Positions 58,215-64,000 of a stretch of DNA of 64,000 nucleotides are shown piece after piece (position 1 is the stretch's first letter; every line of letters starts with the position of its first letter). A program made the position numbers and the translations under genes. The notes under the pieces were generated by a model that saw only the letters and a program-made list of their open reading frames with translations, did no database searches and was not told where the DNA came from. Source of the DNA: an uncultured delta proteobacterium (GTDB lineage: Bacteria > Myxococcota > Kuafuiibacteriia > Kuafuiibacteriales > Kuafuiibacteriaceae); the NCBI GenBank assembly GCA_963803435.1, contig CAWDML010000001.1, forward strand, positions 256,001 through 320,000, written 5' to 3'.

Positions 58215-60266
58215 TCAGCCCGCGCTCGGCGGCTCGCTTCGGTGGTACCGGCCCGCGTGGTGCGCGTCGATCCACCGATCGTAGCTGGCCGAGAACCGCG
58301 AGCCGTCGATCCCGCCGGGGAGCGTGGAGTAGATCGCGTCCTCCCCCATGTCGGTGATGAACCGGTAGGCGGGCGCCACCACGATCTCACCGCCCGCCAC
58401 GCGGAGGATCGTGCCCTGACAGATCGTGCCGAGTGATCCCGGCAGCGGGTACGGGCCGCGGTCGAAGCCGAAGCCGAGGCCGCCGAGGACGAGGTTTCGG
58501 TGGGTCACCGTCTGCCACTCGCCGAGGGGGCCGGGGCGCACGCGGTCGATGGCGCCGAGCGCTTCGCGGAGCCGGCCGCCGCGCTCACCCTGCCAGGAGG
58601 CCGGATCCGCGAGGACGCGATCGATCGCGCTCGACCACCAGACGGGGAGCTCGCTCTCGCCGAGCATGTGGAGGAACCAGGCGCCGCCGAGCTCGGGGGC
58701 CAGCGCCGCCCGCACCCGGCGATAGGCCAGCGAGAAGGCGGCGGCGCCCTCGCTCTCGCAGGTGAACCGGAGATCCCAGTGTTCGAGGATGCTGCGCAGC
58801 GACCCCGGCTCCAGCGCGTCGATGAACAGAGGGGTGAGTTGCTTCGCCTGGAGCGAGTAGACGTCGCCGTGCATCGCTTGAAACGTGCGGCGGTCGTGAT
58901 GCTCCGGCGAATCGAGGAGCGATCGGATCCGTGAGAAGCGATAGGGCGGCTGCGCCAGCGTGGAGAGGACGGCGCCGTTTCGTCCGAGGCGGGCCTCGTT
59001 GGCGCTCAGCACCGCGCCGCGCTCCGCCTCTGCGACCGGGAGATCGGCGCCGGTGTAGACGCCCTCCCAGCGGCGCGCGCCCTTCGCCGGGACCGGATAG
59101 AGACCGGACCAGCCGCCGGTCCGCCGGGGGATGCGGCCGTTCTGGCGATAGACCACGCGATCGCGATCCGCGATCACGAAGTGGAGACTGAGCGTGTGGG
59201 CGCGCTCGAGCGCGGCCACCGCGGCGCGCGCGCTGGTCGCGAACATCAAGCGGAGGTAGGCGGTGATGGCCTCGCCAGCGTCGGCGGCGCCCGCCCAGGC
59301 GGAGGAGAGGACGCAGGCCCCGTCGGGGAGCGCCTCCAGCACGCCGCGCGCGGACTCGACGAAGTCGACCTCGAGCGGCGACAGGAAACGCCGCCCGATG
59401 CGCGCCCGGCGGATCGCGAAGGAGGGATCCGGCTCGAGCTCGACGAAGTGATCGACGTTGTCCGCCACGCCGAACGTCCCGCTCCAGGCCAGGTGCCGCG
59501 TCCGGCAGATCGCCATCCCGGGGAGGCCGGGGACGCTCGCGCCCAGCCAGTAGTTGTCGGGCGTCGCCAGCCGCACCTCGAAGAACAGCGACGGGAGCTG
59601 GTTCACCATCAGGTGCGGATCGCCCGCCAGCATCGGATGTCCCGAGGCGCTGCGCGATCCGTCCACCGCCCACGCGTTGCTCCCGGTGGCGCCGTACATC
59701 CCGTGCGCGGCGAAGCCGACCATCGGCGGCTTCGGCGAGAGCGACGGATCGAAGCCGGCGAGGTGCGGCGCGAACATGTGCTCGAGGAGAGTCGGGTCGG
59801 CGCCGGCGACGAGCGCGTCGACGATCGCGCGCTCCATCCGCTCCTGTCCCTCGGCGAGACCCAGATACGCGGAGAGGAGGAAACCGGAGATGATCGAGGC
59901 GCGGTCGGGCGGCGGCAGCGAGGCCAGCAGGACCTTCAGCTCGAACGGCCGGCCCACCGCCGACAGCCCCTGAGAGAGACCAGCGAGGTAGGCGTCGATC
60001 CGCTCCGCCGTCCAGCCGTCGAGCCGCGCTGCTTCCCGAGCGCCGCGGGCCGGGAGATCGAGCCGGTGCGCCATCGCGTCCAGGCGGACCAGCTCGGCCC
60101 TGGGCACCAGCCGCTCGGCGAGACAACCGCTCCCCGCGGCCGGGAGGAGCAACGACTGGAGCGGACGATAGCGGCCGTGGAGCTCGCCGAGGGCGCTGAA
60201 GAGCGACAGCTCGTCCTCGACGCGCGCGCCGGGCGTCCCGTTGGAATCCTCGTCGAAGCGGATCAT
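58215..60266 (-). CDS. Penicillin acylase family (Ntn hydrolase)
   Basis: GSNAWAVDGSRSASGHPMLAGDPHL, GASVPGLPG, SANE, PAYRFITDM, LPGG. Confidence 0.85.
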   Translation of the reverse strand: MIRFDEDSNGTPGARVEDELSLFSALGELHGRYRPLQSLLLPAAGSGCLAERLVPRAELVRLDAMAHRLDLPARGAREAARLDGWTAERIDAYLAGLSQGLSAVGRPFELKVLLASLPPPDRASIISGFLLSAYLGLAEGQERMERAIVDALVAGADPTLLEHMFAPHLAGFDPSLSPKPPMVGFAAHGMYGATGSNAWAVDGSRSASGHPMLAGDPHLMVNQLPSLFFEVRLATPDNYWLGASVPGLPGMAICRTRHLAWSGTFGVADNVDHFVELEPDPSFAIRRARIGRRFLSPLEVDFVESARGVLEALPDGACVLSSAWAGAADAGEAITAYLRLMFATSARAAVAALERAHTLSLHFVIADRDRVVYRQNGRIPRRTGGWSGLYPVPAKGARRWEGVYTGADLPVAEAERGAVLSANEARLGRNGAVLSTLAQPPYRFSRIRSLLDSPEHHDRRTFQAMHGDVYSLQAKQLTPLFIDALEPGSLRSILEHWDLRFTCESEGAAAFSLAYRRVRAALAPELGGAWFLHMLGESELPVWWSSAIDRVLADPASWQGERGGRLREALGAIDRVRPGPLGEWQTVTHRNLVLGGLGFGFDRGPYPLPGSLGTICQGTILRVAGGEIVVAPAYRFITDMGEDAIYSTLPGGIDGSRFSASYDRWIDAHHAGRYHRSEPPSAG

Positions 60267-60763
60267 CAAAGCCGTCGCCACAGCGGCGGGAATCCGAGGA
60301 CGGTCCGGTCCTCCCTGAGCCGATTGAGCGCGCCGGCGATCGAGCTCTGACAGGCCGGGTCCGTGCGCGAGGCCGCCGTCAACCTCTCCTCCGCGCTGTC
60401 GAACAGCCTCGCCGCCGCGTACGCGCGCCCCGCGCTCTCGTAGGCGAGGCATCGTCCCGACGCGAACGTGCGGGCGATCGGCTCGGGCTCACCGCCGGAG
60501 AGCGCAGCGGCGGCGCCGAGGTAGCTCTCCGCAGCAGCGGTTGCGTGGCCCCGTGCGTAGGCGGTGGTGGCGGTCTGCCACGCGGTGCGCGCGGCGCGAT
60601 AGGCGTCGGGCGTGCCCGCGGCGTCGGGGAGCCGCGGCAGCGCCCGGTACCCACGCCAGGGCGGCAGGCGCGCCGGAGTCGCCGGATCCTGGGATGGGGC
60701 GGCCGGCGGAGTCGACGGCTCCGCGCAGGCCGCCAGGAGGACGATCGCGAGGACCCGCCGCAC
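60266..60763 (-). CDS. Hypothetical lipoprotein
   Basis: MRRVLAIVLLAAC lipobox; TGATG coupling to the acylase gene. Confidence 0.65.
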   Translation of the reverse strand: MRRVLAIVLLAACAEPSTPPAAPSQDPATPARLPPWRGYRALPRLPDAAGTPDAYRAARTAWQTATTAYARGHATAAAESYLGAAAALSGGEPEPIARTFASGRCLAYESAGRAYAAARLFDSAEERLTAASRTDPACQSSIAGALNRLREDRTVLGFPPLWRRL

Positions 60764-60873
60764 CGCGGCGCATGGTACACCAACATCCCCGTCACAACGC
60801 TCCAGGCCGCACCGGGCGCGTTTGGAAGCGGCCAGAGAACGCGTTCGGCCTCCACTTTGCGACGCGGAGCCAG

Positions 60874-61644
60874 ATGACTTCGAGCTCCGGCATCATCAAC
60901 GGCCCCAACATCGAACGCGCGATCTCCGCGGCCGCCGGCACCGTCTTCCTCACCCAGGCGTTCCGGCGCGGTGGGTTTCTCGGGTTCACGCTCGGGGCCC
61001 TCGGAGCCGGCTTGGTGGTCAAGGCCGTGAGGGGCCGGCCCTCCCTGGTGCGGCGGGTGTCGCCCGAGCGCCTCCGGATCCAGCGGGCCATCACCGTGGA
61101 GGCGCAGCCCGACGAGCTCTACGCGTTCTGGCGTGACTTCCAGAACCTGCCCCGCTTCATGAGGCACGTGCAGTCGGTCCGGGTGCTCGACGAACAGCGC
61201 ACCGAGTGGACGGCGATGGGACCGGGCAGCGCGCGGATCCGCTGGCGGGCCGAGATCGTGGAGGATCGTCCGAATGAACGGATCAGCTGGCGGTCCATCG
61301 AACGCTCTCCGATCGATCAGCGCGGGACCGTGCGGTTCATCCCGGCGCCCGGCGACGGCGCCACCGAGGTCCACCTCACGCTCGAGTACGCACCTCCGGC
61401 CAACACGGTCGGGATCATCGTGGGCACGCTGTTGATCGGGCTGACCGCTCAGAAGATGCAGGAAGACTTGCGCCACCTGAAGCAGCTCTACGAGACCGGC
61501 TCCCTCCCGACGACGGAAGGCCAGCCGCACGGCCGGCGCAGCAAGCTGATGCGGCTGGCCGAGAGAGCGCGCCGCCGCGCCGCCCTCCCCCGCAAAGAGC
61601 AGCGCAGCTCGATCATGAACGCACGCGAGGAGGTGCCGGCATGA
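60874..61644 (+). CDS. SRPBCC (cyclase/dehydrase) family protein
   Basis: [50 protein letters not shown]. Confidence 0.88.
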   Translation: MTSSSGIINGPNIERAISAAAGTVFLTQAFRRGGFLGFTLGALGAGLVVKAVRGRPSLVRRVSPERLRIQRAITVEAQPDELYAFWRDFQNLPRFMRHVQSVRVLDEQRTEWTAMGPGSARIRWRAEIVEDRPNERISWRSIERSPIDQRGTVRFIPAPGDGATEVHLTLEYAPPANTVGIIVGTLLIGLTAQKMQEDLRHLKQLYETGSLPTTEGQPHGRRSKLMRLAERARRRAALPRKEQRSSIMNAREEVPA

Positions 61645-62803
61645 AGGCGCTCTGCTGGTTCGGCAAGCGAGACGTCCGCGTCGAGAGCGTCGCGGAGCCC
61701 CAGATTCGAACCCTACGGACGCGATTGTCCGGGTCACCTCGACCGCGATCTGCGGCTCCGATCTGCACCTGTACGACGGCTACATCCCGACGATGGAGCG
61801 CGGCGACATCCTCGGCCACGAGTTCATGGGCGAGGTCGTGGAGGTAGGCGCGGAGGTGAAGCGGCTCCGCACCGGGGATCGGGTGGTGGTCCCTTTCCCG
61901 ATCGCGTGCGGGCGGTGCGCCTACTGCCGGACCGAGCGACACGCGCTCTGCGACAACTCGAACCCGAACGCTTGGCTCGCGGAGAAGGTGTACGGCTTCT
62001 CGCCGGCCGGCCTCTTCGGATACTCGCACATGCTGGGCGGCTACGCGGGCGGCCAGGCCGAGTTCGTCCGCGTCCCGTTCGCCGACGTGGGGCCGTTCAA
62101 GATCGAGAACGGGGTCTCGGACGATGCCGTCCTCTTCCTCAGCGACATCCTCCCCACCGGATACATGGCGGCAGAGAGCTGCGACATCAAGAAGGGTCAC
62201 GTCGTCGCCGTCTGGGGTTGCGGCCCGGTGGGACAGCTCGCGATCGACTGCGCCTTTCTGCTGGGCGCGGAGCGCGTCATCGCGATCGACAGCGTCCCTG
62301 AGCGACTCGCGATGGCGCGCGAGGCGGGCGCGGAGCCGATCGAGGATCGCGGCGACGTCATCGAGCCGCTCCGCGAGCTGACCGGCGGCCGGGGCCCCGA
62401 CGCCTGCATCGACGCGGTCGGCATGGAGGCGCACGGACACGGCATCAGCGCCGCCTACGATCGGGCGGCCCAGCGCGTGCGGCTGGTGACGGATCGGGCG
62501 ACCGCGCTGCGCCAGGCGATCTACGCCTGCAGGAAGGGCGGCACGGTCTCACTCGCCGGCGTCTACGGCGGTCTGGTGGACAAGCTGCCGCTGGGCGCAG
62601 CGTTCGCGAAGGGCCTGACGTTCAAGATGGGTCAGACCCACGTCCACCGGTATCTCAAGGTGCTGTTCGATCACGTGATCGAGGGCCGGCTGCGGCCCGC
62701 GCGCGTGATCACGCACCGTCTCGGTCTGGCCGAGGCACCGGCGGGTTACGACATGTTCCTTCGGAAGGTGAACGACTGCGTGAAGGTGGTGCTCACGCCT
62801 TGA
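61641..62803 (+). CDS. Zn-dependent alcohol/formaldehyde dehydrogenase; frameshift near 61707
   Basis: Repaired [50 protein letters not shown]. Confidence 0.92.
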
Positions 62804-63719
62804 CGTCGGGATCCGGCGTGAACACCTGCGGGTGATCACCGCCGGCGCCCGGAACCTGGAACATCTTCCCGGCGAACGGGCAACCCGAGGCGTGCTGGGC
62901 GGCCCGGATGGCGTCATGCGAGAGCGCGGGGCTCTCCGAGTCCTTGATCCCGAGCGCGATCTCCGCGCCGGTCACCACGTGCGACACCGAGCGACCGAGA
63001 TCCTCCATGATCGCGCCGGGCGTGAGACGCGCGGCTGCGCCCACGCCCAGCGAAAAGACGTTGGGCGCCGGGGCGGTGCTCGGACGGCGATCGGGGAGCT
63101 TCTGCTGCGTGAACCAGTCGCGGAGCTCGTTGTAGTTGATCGTCTGGCGACCGTCGGCGAGCGTCTCCCGCCCGATGAACGGATGCAGGAACGCGAACGC
63201 CGCCGCCAGCTCGCCGGCCATCACCACCTCGGTGCGCATCACCGAGTCGTCGGCGTTCGGGCGCTCGGCGAGCCGCTGGTGCACGTTCGCCTTGACGATG
63301 TCCGCCAGGTCCTTGGCCGAGACCGGGATGAGCTTCTCACCGTCGTGCTGGACGGCGAACTGGGAGAAGACCGCGTCGAAGCGCTTCTCGACCTGCTTGA
63401 TGATCTCCGCCTCGGGGACGTTCTGCGCGGCCAGCTGCGAGCGCAGGCGTTCGATGCCGAAGTCGATCGCGACGTGGATCGCCGGCCCCGTGGTCATGAT
63501 GTTGTCGAGGCTGACCTGACCCTTGATGAAGTCCTTGAGGTCGGTGAGGAGCAGCGTGCCCTCGATGGCCGCGGCCTCCACGCCGTTGAGCTGGAAGCTC
63601 TCCTTGAACGCCTTCGTCACCTCGCCGGGGGTGGCCTTCCCGCTCTTGATGCGCTCCTCGAGCCCTTCGTGTTGGGTGAGCACCAGCGCCCAGGCCGGAC
63701 AAAAAACCTTCGTCTCCAT
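62793..63719 (-). CDS. Hypothetical protein, possibly heme-thiolate peroxidase/caleosin-like
   Basis: GGAG SD; N-terminal [34 protein letters not shown]-terminal GCPF. Confidence 0.55.
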   Translation of the reverse strand: METKVFCPAWALVLTQHEGLEERIKSGKATPGEVTKAFKESFQLNGVEAAAIEGTLLLTDLKDFIKGQVSLDNIMTTGPAIHVAIDFGIERLRSQLAAQNVPEAEIIKQVEKRFDAVFSQFAVQHDGEKLIPVSAKDLADIVKANVHQRLAERPNADDSVMRTEVVMAGELAAAFAFLHPFIGRETLADGRQTINYNELRDWFTQQKLPDRRPSTAPAPNVFSLGVGAAARLTPGAIMEDLGRSVSHVVTGAEIALGIKDSESPALSHDAIRAAQHASGCPFAGKMFQVPGAGGDHPQVFTPDPDVKA

Positions 63720-63736
63720 ACTCGAATCTCCTCCAC

Positions 63737-64000
63737 TCAATGCGTCAGCCGCGTCGCACCGATGCAGCTCATATATTGCTCGATCGTCTCCGGGCGAGCG
63801 TCCGTGCCGACCGTCAGCGTGAAGTGCATCGCGCCCTCGGCGTCCACGCGAAGCACATGGATCTGCTTGAGCCGGATCTTTGGGACCGGCTGAAACTCGT
63901 AGCTCGAGCGGTACCCCTCGACACCGTCCGTGAACACGAACGGCCCCGCCTCGAGGTGAACGATGCCGGGCACCGTCTTCAGCAGATATTGTGACAGCTC
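63737..64000 (-). CDS. Partial CDS (start outside the window), DcrB/DUF1795/PsbP-like C-terminus
   Basis: ..YEFQPVPKIRLKQIHVLRVD..AMHFTLTV pattern. Confidence 0.45.
   Translation of the reverse strand, partial: ELSQYLLKTVPGIVHLEAGPFVFTDGVEGYRSSYEFQPVPKIRLKQIHVLRVDAEGAMHFTLTVGTDARPETIEQYMSCIGATRLTH

Noticed and set aside
1-64000. Many long overlapping or antisense ORFs in the six-frame track (e.g. 2461..4392-, 19971..21776-, 32523..34334+, 44773..46920+, 51457..53706-)
   Set aside because: They are shadows of real genes in high-GC DNA: Arg/Pro/Gly-rich or antisense-codon text with no motifs.

Overview
High-GC chromosomal segment of a Myxococcota-like bacterium, judged from the FHA-sigma54 activators, Hanks kinase, TIGR02996-like domain and MYXO-CTERM- and CFI-box-like sorting signals. 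It carries about 50 densely packed genes. These include NHEJ (ku, ligD), sulfur assimilation (cysH, sulfite reductase, cysG, rhodanese, YeeE/YedE pair), pckA, an MscS channel, an ApbE/DUF4266/DUF2271-like/DUF3570-like flavinylation cluster and several hydrolases. Two IS elements are stacked in one CTAG that is the shared stop of two convergent genes. About 18 frameshifts break otherwise intact genes. Nine of them sit exactly at a GAATC/GATTC that becomes GATC when repaired, most likely a read-error footprint of GATC modification. Repairing these shifts reveals the main candidate for a novel system: a ~750-aa lipoprotein with two PKD domains and an animal-type protein-arginine deiminase (PAD) with all four catalytic residues, translationally coupled to an exported HEAT-repeat protein. 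A possible bacterial heme-thiolate peroxygenase/caleosin-like protein lies at the right end. I saw no rRNA, tRNA or CRISPR array. All family assignments come from motif recognition by eye; no database searches were run.
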